Part shown: positions 1 to 6,311 of the stretch, in pieces
Layout: every line of letters begins with the position of its first letter
How positions within the stretch are numbered: the first letter of the stretch is position 1
Assembly (NCBI GenBank): GCA_964608675.1
Contig: CAZSOZ010000011.1
Coordinates: 1-12,754 of the forward strand
From: an uncultured archaeon
GTDB lineage: Archaea; Iainarchaeota; Iainarchaeia; Iainarchaeales; 1-14-0-10-31-34
DNA length: 12,754 bases
Direction of reading: 5' to 3'
The notes under the pieces: model-generated
The model's database searches: none
The model's input: only the letters and a program-made list of their open reading frames with translations
What the model was told of the DNA's origin: nothing
Program-made: the position numbers and the translations under genes

Positions 1-57
1 TTTTTTTTTATTTTTTTTTTTTTTTTTTTTTTATTTTTTTTTTGTTTTTTTATTTTT
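1..57. repeat. poly-T low-complexity window end, probably degraded sequence
   Basis: Almost pure T, and it replaces the expected last bases of the tRNA acceptor stem. Confidence 0.7.
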
Positions 58-195
58 AAGGAGTGAGGATTCGAACCCCCGAAGGCACTAAGCCACAGGA
101 TTACTCCAAAAAAAACATTAAACTTGTTTTTTGGCCGGCAAAAAAAACTTTAATTTTCTTAAGTCCTGCCCCGTTGACCGCTTGGGTACTCCTGC
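57..195 (-). tRNA. tRNA-Leu(UAA) with a 56-nt intron at canonical position 37/38 (intron 102-157); 3' acceptor end degraded next to the poly-T window edge
   Basis: Minus strand reads GCAGGAG-TA-CCCAAGCGGTCAACGGG-G-CAGGA-CT-TAA-G-[intron]-A-TCCTG-TGGCTTAGTGCCTTC-GGGGG-TTCGAAT-CCTCA-CTCCT. Anticodon stem CAGGA/TCCTG, long variable arm (GGC/GCC stem, class II), TTCGAAT T-loop. Anticodon TAA at 161-159. The last two acceptor pairs and one T-stem pair mismatch. Confidence 0.9.
102..157 (-). other. archaeal tRNA intron (relaxed bulge-helix-bulge, hairpin-forming)
   Basis: Removing 102-157 restores a 7-nt anticodon loop CTTAAGA. The intron end GAG-TA can pair with C32-U33-U34, leaving a 3-nt bulge. 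Internal pairings are ATTAAA/TTTAAT and TTTTTTG/CAAAAAA. Confidence 0.8.
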
Positions 196-200
196 ATGCA

Positions 201-773
201 TTATTTTTTGCTTAATGCTTTTCTTAATCCTTCTGTTTTTTCTTTTATTTCTTGTACTGCCTGAATTAAGATTTCTTTTGGTTCAATTCCTCCAAATGAT
301 TCTAAATTTACATTGAATGTGTCTTTGTCTTGACTGTAGCTTAGCATTCCAGGAATCCATTTTGTATGGCTTTTTCCTGAATCAACTACTGCTTCCATTT
401 CTGCTTTTAGTTTTTGTTCCTTTCCTAATTTTACGATTGGTATTTTTTTGTCTACTACTTCTATTTTTGGGTCTGTGCTTGTAATGTCTTTTGAGTATAC
501 TGTTCCGGGCCCTTCTTTTTCTATCATTAAAATTACTTTGTCTTTGTTTTTGTAGGTTTTTGAGTCAGCTTGAATTGGAAGCATTCCCATTCTGTGTGCA
601 AGCATTTCGTTGAACATTACTGAAGTGTTTTCATAAATATTTACAGAATCTACTGCAAAGCTTTTTACATGTGTTTGTATTGCTCTTCTTATTCCGTTTA
701 AAAATGCCGGACTGGTTCCTTTAATTGAAAAGTTTATTTTTCTTTCTCCTTTTTTTATTTGTTTTATTTCCAT
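201..773 (-). CDS. rpoD: DNA-directed RNA polymerase subunit D (Rpo3), short form
   Basis: Motifs NGIRRAI, ENTSVMFNEMLAHRMGMLPI, GPGTVYSKD, IPIVKL, GKSHTKWIP and ESFGG. Follows uS11, with GGTGA SD upstream. Confidence 0.96.
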   Translation of the reverse strand: MEIKQIKKGERKINFSIKGTSPAFLNGIRRAIQTHVKSFAVDSVNIYENTSVMFNEMLAHRMGMLPIQADSKTYKNKDKVILMIEKEGPGTVYSKDITSTDPKIEVVDKKIPIVKLGKEQKLKAEMEAVVDSGKSHTKWIPGMLSYSQDKDTFNVNLESFGGIEPKEILIQAVQEIKEKTEGLRKALSKK

Positions 774-782
774 TAATTCACC

Positions 783-1166
783 TTATTTTTTCTTTCCTCT
801 GAATCTTTTCTTTTTTCTGCATCCATTGTGAGGGGCTGGAGTAACGTTTTCTATTGCTTTTATTCTTAATCCTGCTCTTGTAAGGCTTCTTATTGCGGCT
901 TCTGCTCCTTGTCCCGGATTTTTTGATCTTATTCCTCCTTGGCCTCTTACTTTTACTGTTATTTCATATATTCCTTTTTCTTTTGCTTTTTCTGCAACTA
1001 TTTCTGCTACTTTCATTGCTGCATAAGGAGATCCTTCTTTGTGCTGGGCTTTTACTACTACCCCTCCTGAACATTTTGCTATTGTTTCCTGTCCGGTTAT
1101 ATCTGTTAATAAAATTATTGTATTGTTGTGTGATGCATAAATGTGAATCATTCCTTTTTTATTCAT
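783..1166 (-). CDS. rps11: 30S ribosomal protein uS11
   Basis: HIYASHNNTIILLTDITGQET, SPYAAM, PGQGAEAAIRSL, IENVTPAPHNG. ATGA overlap with the uS4 stop. Confidence 0.97.
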   Translation of the reverse strand: MNKKGMIHIYASHNNTIILLTDITGQETIAKCSGGVVVKAQHKEGSPYAAMKVAEIVAEKAKEKGIYEITVKVRGQGGIRSKNPGQGAEAAIRSLTRAGLRIKAIENVTPAPHNGCRKKKRFRGKKK

Positions 1167-1978
1167 TCTTTTGCACCTTCTTTTTTGTCTTTGCCTTTTT
1201 CATCTTTTTTTTCTTCATTTTTTTCTTTTTTATTGGCTTCCTTATTTTTTTTTTTTTTTGTTTTTTTTTTTTTTTTTTCTGTTTTTTTTTTTTCTTTTTT
1301 TTCTTCTTTTTTTTTTTTTTTTTTTTCTTCTTTTTTTTTTTTTTTTTCTGTTTTTTCTTGTTTTGTTTCTGTTTTTTTTTCTTTTGTTTTTTCTTCTGCA
1401 GTTTTTTCAAGCTCTTTTTTTTTGGGCAATTCAATTTTTTTTTCTGGTTTTACTTGTTCAAATTCTTTTTTTATTTCTTTTGTTTTTTCTGTTTTAAGCT
1501 TTAATGGTTTTTTATAGTAGGATATTTTTCCTTCTTCTTCTGCTTTCACTATAAATGAAGGAGTCTTTACTTTTTTTCCATTTACTGCTATGTGTCCATG
1601 AACTATAAATTGTCTTGCTTGTTTTGGTGTATTGGCCATTCCTTTTCTCCACACTATTGTTTGAAGTCTTCTTTCCAGAAATTCTTCTATTTTTAATCCT
1701 AAAACATCATCAAGGGAAGCATTTCCTTTTAGTATTCCTGTAATTTTCAGGCTTTCCATTAATTCTTTTTCTCTTTTTAGTCTTCTTTCTAATTCTAATG
1801 CAAGCAGTTTTCTTGCGTTTTGTCTCTTGTTTTTAAGCATTTTTTCTGTGGTCCATAATTCTTTTTTATTTTTTAATCCGTAAGTTTCTTTCAACTGCCT
1901 TTCTTCATCTAACCTTATTTTATCCCAAGGCTTTTTTGGTCTTTCGTATTTTCTTTTGCTTTTTTTTGGATCTCCCAT
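1163..1978 (-). CDS. rps4: 30S ribosomal protein uS4 with ~110-aa Lys/Glu-rich C-terminal tail
   Basis: MGDPKK..YERPKKPW, YGLKNKKELW, LERRLQTIV.RKG.A.TPKQARQFIVHGHI. Lies between uS13 and uS11. The tail crosses long homopolymers, so its exact sequence is less certain. Confidence 0.95.
   Translation of the reverse strand: MGDPKKSKRKYERPKKPWDKIRLDEERQLKETYGLKNKKELWTTEKMLKNKRQNARKLLALELERRLKREKELMESLKITGILKGNASLDDVLGLKIEEFLERRLQTIVWRKGMANTPKQARQFIVHGHIAVNGKKVKTPSFIVKAEEEGKISYYKKPLKLKTEKTKEIKKEFEQVKPEKKIELPKKKELEKTAEEKTKEKKTETKQEKTEKKKKKEEKKKKKKEEKKEKKKTEKKKKKTKKKKNKEANKKEKNEEKKDEKGKDKKEGAKE
1245..1347. repeat. cluster of T homopolymers (15, 18, 20 and 17 nt; poly-A on the coding strand) inside the uS4 tail
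   Basis: Runs counted at 1245-1259, 1261-1278, 1307-1326 and 1331-1347. Confidence 0.8.
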
Positions 1979-1991
1979 TTAATTCCCCTGT

Positions 1992-2459
1992 TTATTTTTT
2001 TGCATCTTTTTTGGCTACTCCTACTGCTGGTCCTGTTCCTCTATGTGTTGATTTTGTTTTTTGTCCTCTTACGGTTAAACCCCAGCTTCTTCTTAGGCCT
2101 CTGTAGCTTTTTATTTTGCTTAATCTTTGAAGTATATTTCTTTCGCTAAACTGAAGCTCTCCCATTATTAAATGCTTGTCTTCTCCTGTTTCGTATTCTT
2201 TTCTTCTGTTCAAGCTCCATATCGGAATTTTAAATTTTTTTGGATTTAATATTATTTCTTCCATTTTTTTATCTTTGTCTTCTGTTATTTCCCCTAATTT
2301 GGAGTCCCATTTTATTCCTGTTTCTTTTTCAAAGGTTTTTGCAATTATTTTTCCTGTTCTGTGGTTTATTCCGTTTAACTGCATTAATGCTTTTGGAATC
2401 TTTAATTTTCCGTTTAAGTCCTTGTTTGCAATTCTTACTATTAATCTTAGTTCCGCCAT
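1992..2459 (-). CDS. rps13: 30S ribosomal protein uS13
   Basis: IVRIANKDLNG, IPIWSLNRRKEYETGEDKHL, SYRGLRRSWGLTVRGQKTKSTHR. Confidence 0.97.
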   Translation of the reverse strand: MAELRLIVRIANKDLNGKLKIPKALMQLNGINHRTGKIIAKTFEKETGIKWDSKLGEITEDKDKKMEEIILNPKKFKIPIWSLNRRKEYETGEDKHLIMGELQFSERNILQRLSKIKSYRGLRRSWGLTVRGQKTKSTHRGTGPAVGVAKKDAKK

Positions 2460-2463
2460 TCAA

Positions 2464-2640
2464 TTACACCTTTTTTGTTTCTTTTGTTGGATACAAATGC
2501 CTTATGTTTATTTTTCTTTTTTTTATTTCTTTTCCTTCAATGAAAGCATAATTTCCTTTAATGGAAGTTATTACAGCTTTTTTTCCTGTTTGTCTCCCTT
2601 TTCTTATTATGCATATTCTGCCTGTTTCAATTAATGCCAT
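2464..2640 (-). CDS. rpl14e: 50S ribosomal protein eL14 (58 aa; not in ORF track)
   Basis: Manual translation: MALIETGRICIIRKGRQTGKKAVITSIKGNYAFIEGKEIKKRKINIRHLYPTKETKKV*. KOW-type GR-x-C..GR..GKKAVI and N-x-x-HL-x-PT motifs, in the usual position after cmk. Confidence 0.92.
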   Translation of the reverse strand: MALIETGRICIIRKGRQTGKKAVITSIKGNYAFIEGKEIKKRKINIRHLYPTKETKKV

Positions 2641-2644
2641 TTTC

Positions 2645-3157
2645 TCACTCTTTATGCATTTTCTCCAGATATTTTTTTATTATTCCAAGTATGCTGTCTT
2701 GTTCCAGTTTGTCTATGTTTATTACCAAATCATATACTTGTAAATCATAAATATTTATTCCGTAATTATTCAGAAAATTTTTTTCTTGTTCTTTTTCTTT
2801 CATTTCTATATCTTCAATTGCTTCTCCTATTGGAATTTTTTGTTTTTCAGAGATTTTTTTTGCTCTTACTTTTTTATATGATTTTAAAAAAACTTTCAGG
2901 TCTGCATTGTTTATTGTCCAGGGGCCTAAAACATGGTCAATTATTATATCGTTTTTTTTTGCTTCCTGTTCAATTATTTGTTTTATTTTTTCTGTGAATT
3001 CTTCTTCTTTTATTTTTTCTGTAGGAAGATTGGTTTCTATGGCGATTCTTTTTTTTATTTCATTTGCTGAAAAGTATCTTAGGCCTGCCTGCAGTGCAAG
3101 CAGTTTGCTTAATTCTTTTGTTTCTGTTCCAGGATAGCTTGTAATTGTTATTATCAT
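2645..3157 (-). CDS. cmk: archaeal cytidylate kinase (Cmk) homologue with degenerate P-loop
   Basis: MIITI N-terminus, ADLKVFLK..VRA and YGINIYDLQVYDLVIN match archaeal Cmk, and it sits in the conserved slot between eL34 and eL14. Walker A reads SYPGTETK. Confidence 0.82.
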   Translation of the reverse strand: MIITITSYPGTETKELSKLLALQAGLRYFSANEIKKRIAIETNLPTEKIKEEEFTEKIKQIIEQEAKKNDIIIDHVLGPWTINNADLKVFLKSYKKVRAKKISEKQKIPIGEAIEDIEMKEKEQEKNFLNNYGINIYDLQVYDLVINIDKLEQDSILGIIKKYLEKMHKE

Positions 3158-3495
3158 TTTATCATCTTAGCCATTTGTTTAATATATGGTTTTGATTTTA
3201 ATTCCAGATCTTCTTCTTTTTTTGTTTTTGAAATTACTTTTACTGCTTCATCCAGTATTTTTGTTCTGCATTCACTGCAGAGTATTCCTCCAAAAACTAT
3301 TGAAGGCCTTTTTTTTGTTTTGCTTAATTTTGTTATTTTTCCTGTGGATTTTGAATGAGGAACTCCGTGAAGAATTTTTGTACATAAAGCGCATTTGTGT
3401 TTTCCTTTTTTTGCTTTAGTGTAATACACTTTGCTTTTTCCTTTGGGGCTTCTTCTGAATTTCTTTTTTTTGTTTTTGTCTTTTGGTTTTGTCAT
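3154..3495 (-). CDS. rpl34e: 50S ribosomal protein eL34
   Basis: RRSPKG, CALC..LHGVP, KLSKTKKRPS..FGG.LCSEC zinc-finger signature. Confidence 0.95.
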   Translation of the reverse strand: MTKPKDKNKKKKFRRSPKGKSKVYYTKAKKGKHKCALCTKILHGVPHSKSTGKITKLSKTKKRPSIVFGGILCSECRTKILDEAVKVISKTKKEEDLELKSKPYIKQMAKMIK

Positions 3496-3975
3496 TTAAA
3501 TCCCTTTTACTGTTTCTTTTCTTTTTTCTAATGCAGGGTCTACTGTTTTCATTATTAAATTAAACACTATGCTGAATCCAATGCTTGAAATAAAATACCA
3601 TACAATGTGAGGAGGAAAAATAAATTCAGGAACAATCCATCCAAATACATTAAATGTTTCTTTTTGGTATCCGCTTACAAACAAATAAAATATTGGAATA
3701 ATTATTACAAAGGATGCAATCATGAATTTTTGCATTCCTTTGAACATTTCTTTCATGTCCTGCATTAATTCTGAATTTAATTGTTCTGCTTCTTTTTTTG
3801 ATTTTTCATCTCCTTTCTGCATTAATTCCTTTAATTTTTTTTGTTTTTCTTTCATTGCCTGCTGTTTTTGTTTTTGTGCTTTTTTGTCCATTAATTTTCT
3901 TTGCAATGCCTGTGAAATTAACCCTACAATTACTGCCAAAAGCGTTATATCTATTACCGGACTGAATACAACCAT
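3496..3975 (-). CDS. DUF106 / EMC3-TMCO1 family membrane protein (Oxa1-superfamily insertase homologue)
   Basis: TM1, a Met/Gln/Lys-rich coiled coil, TM2, then TM3 with WYFISS. Conserved position between secY and eL34. Start moved from GTG 3987 to ATG 3975 because the GTG is part of a GGTGA SD (3984-3988) 8 nt upstream of that ATG. Confidence 0.88.
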   Translation of the reverse strand: MVVFSPVIDITLLAVIVGLISQALQRKLMDKKAQKQKQQAMKEKQKKLKELMQKGDEKSKKEAEQLNSELMQDMKEMFKGMQKFMIASFVIIIPIFYLFVSGYQKETFNVFGWIVPEFIFPPHIVWYFISSIGFSIVFNLIMKTVDPALEKRKETVKGI

Positions 3976-4014
3976 AAAAAAATTCACCTTAAAAAAACTT
4001 TAAAAAATTCACAT

Positions 4015-4068
4015 AAAAAGGTTTAAACACTTATTATTTTGTCTAACGTCATAGTTTTAAACCTTTTT
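4015..4068. repeat. perfect 13-bp inverted repeat (AAAAAGGTTTAAA / TTTAAACCTTTTT) with 28-nt spacer
   Basis: Arms read directly at 4015-4027 and 4056-4068, in the only sizeable intergenic gap of the cluster. Confidence 0.85.
4054..4068 (-). promoter_or_regulatory. putative BRE/TATA promoter for the DUF106-to-tRNA-Leu segment
   Basis: Minus strand AAAAAGG-TTTAAAAC is a purine-rich BRE-like run followed by a TATA-like box, about 80 nt upstream of the DUF106 ATG. The AT-rich background weakens the call. Confidence 0.4.
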
Positions 4069-5424
4069 TTATCCTCCAAATAATTTTTTCATTAATGGAT
4101 GACTGTCCATTAACTGTTGTTTTGCTAATTCTTCGTAAAGCCTGTAAACTATTCCTACTGTCAGCAGTATTCCTGTTCCTGATCCTAATGCTCCTGTTAA
4201 GTCTGCTAGTCCTGCCAAAATTCCAACAAAAGCTGAACCTAAAATTGTTATGGGAGGAATGTATCTTTCTAAAATGCTTTTAATTATTCTTGGGTCTCTT
4301 CTGAATCCTGGAATGTACATTCCTGAACCGCTTAGCTGGTTGCTTACTGCTTCTGGTCCTTGTCCTCCCATTTCAACCCAGAATCTTCCAAAAATTATGC
4401 ATGCAACTATTAATATAATTAAATAAATTATTGCATGAAATATTTTCGGCAAAGCCGCACTTAAACCTGAATATGCTAGAGTTTCAATTAAATCATATGG
4501 TACAGTTGTATAAAAAGCAGCGGTTTCCATTATTGGACCTAAAATTCCTCCAATTAAAGGCAGTCCTGGCGTAATTATTGCCCATAATTGAATGTTGGCA
4601 AATAATGCTACTGCAAGAATAACCGGAATATTTGATACATATAATAATTTTACCGGAAACCTTCCTCCTGTTCCTTTTCTTCCCATTGTAATCGGAATGT
4701 TTACATGCATTCCTTCAGCATAAACTACAACAAAAAAAACGATTAGTGTTGCAATTATTGGAAGCAATAACAGGAAATTAATTCCTGCTGTAAAAGATTG
4801 AATAAACTGCCAGATTAATCCTGTTGCAACTCCTCCTGTTTCAGGGGTTCCAAAAGCAAAAGCTCTCCAGAAAATTGTTTCTGATACTCCTCCTGCAATA
4901 AACAACCCTATTCCTGAACCAATTCCATATTTTGATACAACTTCATCCAAATATAATAAAATTATTGAACCTATTGCTACCTGAAGAATTACTATTAATT
5001 CCATTCCAGGCATAGGAGTAAGCATTCCGGAAATAGTATAAACTCCTGCTTCAAAAAAACATAAAATTATTGCAAGCAGTTTTTGTAAGCCGGAAAATCT
5101 TGCTTTATCTTTTGGATTGCTTAAGTCAATATCAATTATTTTTCCTCCTACAAGAAGTTGAAGAATAATTGACGCCAAAACAATTGGGCCTATTCCTACT
5201 GTGATAAGCGTTCCGATTTTTGATGCAAGAATTACCTGCAGGTTTGCAAGCTGGTCTGAGCCCGGTCCTCCTAAACCAATAACGCTGATGTTTCCCATTA
5301 CAAAGAATAAAATTAAAGCAAGTGAAGTCCATATAATTTTTTTCTTTAAAGGCGGAGCTATTTCCGGTGCTTTAACTTCTGGAAGAATCTTGTAAAAGGG
5401 TTCCATTACATCAAGAATGCTCAT
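4069..5424 (-). CDS. secY: preprotein translocase subunit SecY (Sec61 alpha)
   Basis: 451 aa, multi-TM. LPEV..P, GTLITVGIGPIVLASIILQLL, LDEVVSKYGIGSGIGLFIAGG, FPVKLLYVSNIPVIL, IPGFRRDPR, GSGTGILLTVGI. Confidence 0.98.
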   Translation of the reverse strand: MSILDVMEPFYKILPEVKAPEIAPPLKKKIIWTSLALILFFVMGNISVIGLGGPGSDQLANLQVILASKIGTLITVGIGPIVLASIILQLLVGGKIIDIDLSNPKDKARFSGLQKLLAIILCFFEAGVYTISGMLTPMPGMELIVILQVAIGSIILLYLDEVVSKYGIGSGIGLFIAGGVSETIFWRAFAFGTPETGGVATGLIWQFIQSFTAGINFLLLLPIIATLIVFFVVVYAEGMHVNIPITMGRKGTGGRFPVKLLYVSNIPVILAVALFANIQLWAIITPGLPLIGGILGPIMETAAFYTTVPYDLIETLAYSGLSAALPKIFHAIIYLIILIVACIIFGRFWVEMGGQGPEAVSNQLSGSGMYIPGFRRDPRIIKSILERYIPPITILGSAFVGILAGLADLTGALGSGTGILLTVGIVYRLYEELAKQQLMDSHPLMKKLFGG

Positions 5425-5834
5425 TCAAGTTTTCCTCCAAGTTCTTCTATTTTTTGTTTTGCATCCTGTGTGGCTTTAACATTAACTGCTTGGATTTTAA
5501 TTTTTGTGTTTCCTCTTCCAAGTATTTTTTGCAGTCCTGCTTTTTTTCCGTCCACAATAAAAACATTATTTTCTTTTTTAATTAATTTTTTTTCAAGTTT
5601 TTTATTTAAATAGTCTTCTAATTGGCTTAAGTTAACTGTGTCTTTTTTTTCTTTCGGTTTAAGTCTTTTTTTTGTTCCGAATTCAGTGTAATATTTGCTG
5701 TATTTGTGTTTATGGCTTCCTGCTTTTCCTACCCCTCCTCTTATTCCTGAACCTCTTCTGTTTTTTGTGTTTCCTTTTCCGTGGTATCTGTTTCCTCTGA
5801 CCTTGTTTGTTTTTTTTCTTCTTCGTACAACCAT
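5421..5834 (-). CDS. rpl15: 50S ribosomal protein uL15
   Basis: RG.RYHG.G..KNRRGSG.RGG.GKAG.HKHK, KILGRG, AKQKIEELGG. Directly before secY. Confidence 0.96.
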   Translation of the reverse strand: MVVRRRKKTNKVRGNRYHGKGNTKNRRGSGIRGGVGKAGSHKHKYSKYYTEFGTKKRLKPKEKKDTVNLSQLEDYLNKKLEKKLIKKENNVFIVDGKKAGLQKILGRGNTKIKIQAVNVKATQDAKQKIEELGGKLE

Positions 5835-5843
5835 TTTTACACC

Positions 5844-6305
5844 TTAAATCATTTTGTTGATTAGTTTGTTTATTTCTGTTGCCCTGTATCCTAGTGCTCC
5901 GCCGACTGAAAAAGCTTTTTTTATTCCTGATTTTTCATATCCTTTTTTAGGGGGCTTCAGCCTAAATACAGGTTTTATTTCCAAATCAATTAATTTTACT
6001 TCTTTTTTAATTATTTTTTCTGCGAGTTCTTTGAATGAATTAATTTTTTTTTGTTTCAGGTAATCTTCGGTTAATTTTTTGTTTCCTTTTATTTTGGCTC
6101 TTTTCTTTAAAGCTTTTTCAAGGGTTTCTTCATTAATTTCTCCGTAAGCAACAAAGTCTTTAACTTTGTCAATCATTTTTTTTGATTGTTTTTCTTCAGG
6201 CAAAAGAACCATATGATTTACTTTAAATAACCTGATCATTTTCATTGTGTCTTTTAATTCTTTTCTGATTCTTATGCTTCCTCTTATTCTTATTGCTGCC
6301 AACAT
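5844..6305 (-). CDS. rpl30: 50S ribosomal protein uL30 (archaeal long form)
   Basis: AAIRIRG, KVKDFVAYGEI, KPVFRLKPPKKG, GGALGYR..IN.LI.KM. Confidence 0.96.
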   Translation of the reverse strand: MLAAIRIRGSIRIRKELKDTMKMIRLFKVNHMVLLPEEKQSKKMIDKVKDFVAYGEINEETLEKALKKRAKIKGNKKLTEDYLKQKKINSFKELAEKIIKKEVKLIDLEIKPVFRLKPPKKGYEKSGIKKAFSVGGALGYRATEINKLINKMI

Positions 6306-6311
6306 TTCATA

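Noticed and set aside
102-157. Intron as a C/D guide RNA or homing endonuclease carrier
   Set aside because: No RUGAUGA or CUGA boxes on the transcribed strand, and too short for an ORF.
131-316. 61-aa plus-strand ORF
   Set aside because: Antisense to the tRNA and the rpoD 3' end, with no coding evidence.
783-1350. Possible frameshift-generated uS4-uS11 fusion
   Set aside because: The uS11 frame has stops at 1200, 1215, 1230 and 1242, between the longest A-tracts and the uS11 start.
1159-1434. 91-aa poly-Lys minus-strand ORF
   Set aside because: Alternative frame of the uS4 tail, open only because of poly-A.
893-1517. Long Phe-rich plus-strand ORFs (893-1504, 1143-1517, 1171-1497) and the other plus-strand ORFs in the track
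   Set aside because: They are antisense shadows of A-rich genes. Poly-T sequence lacks stop codons, and none shows a recognisable motif.
5132-5332. 66-aa minus-strand ORF inside secY
   Set aside because: Out-of-frame overlap within a conserved gene, with no recognisable features.
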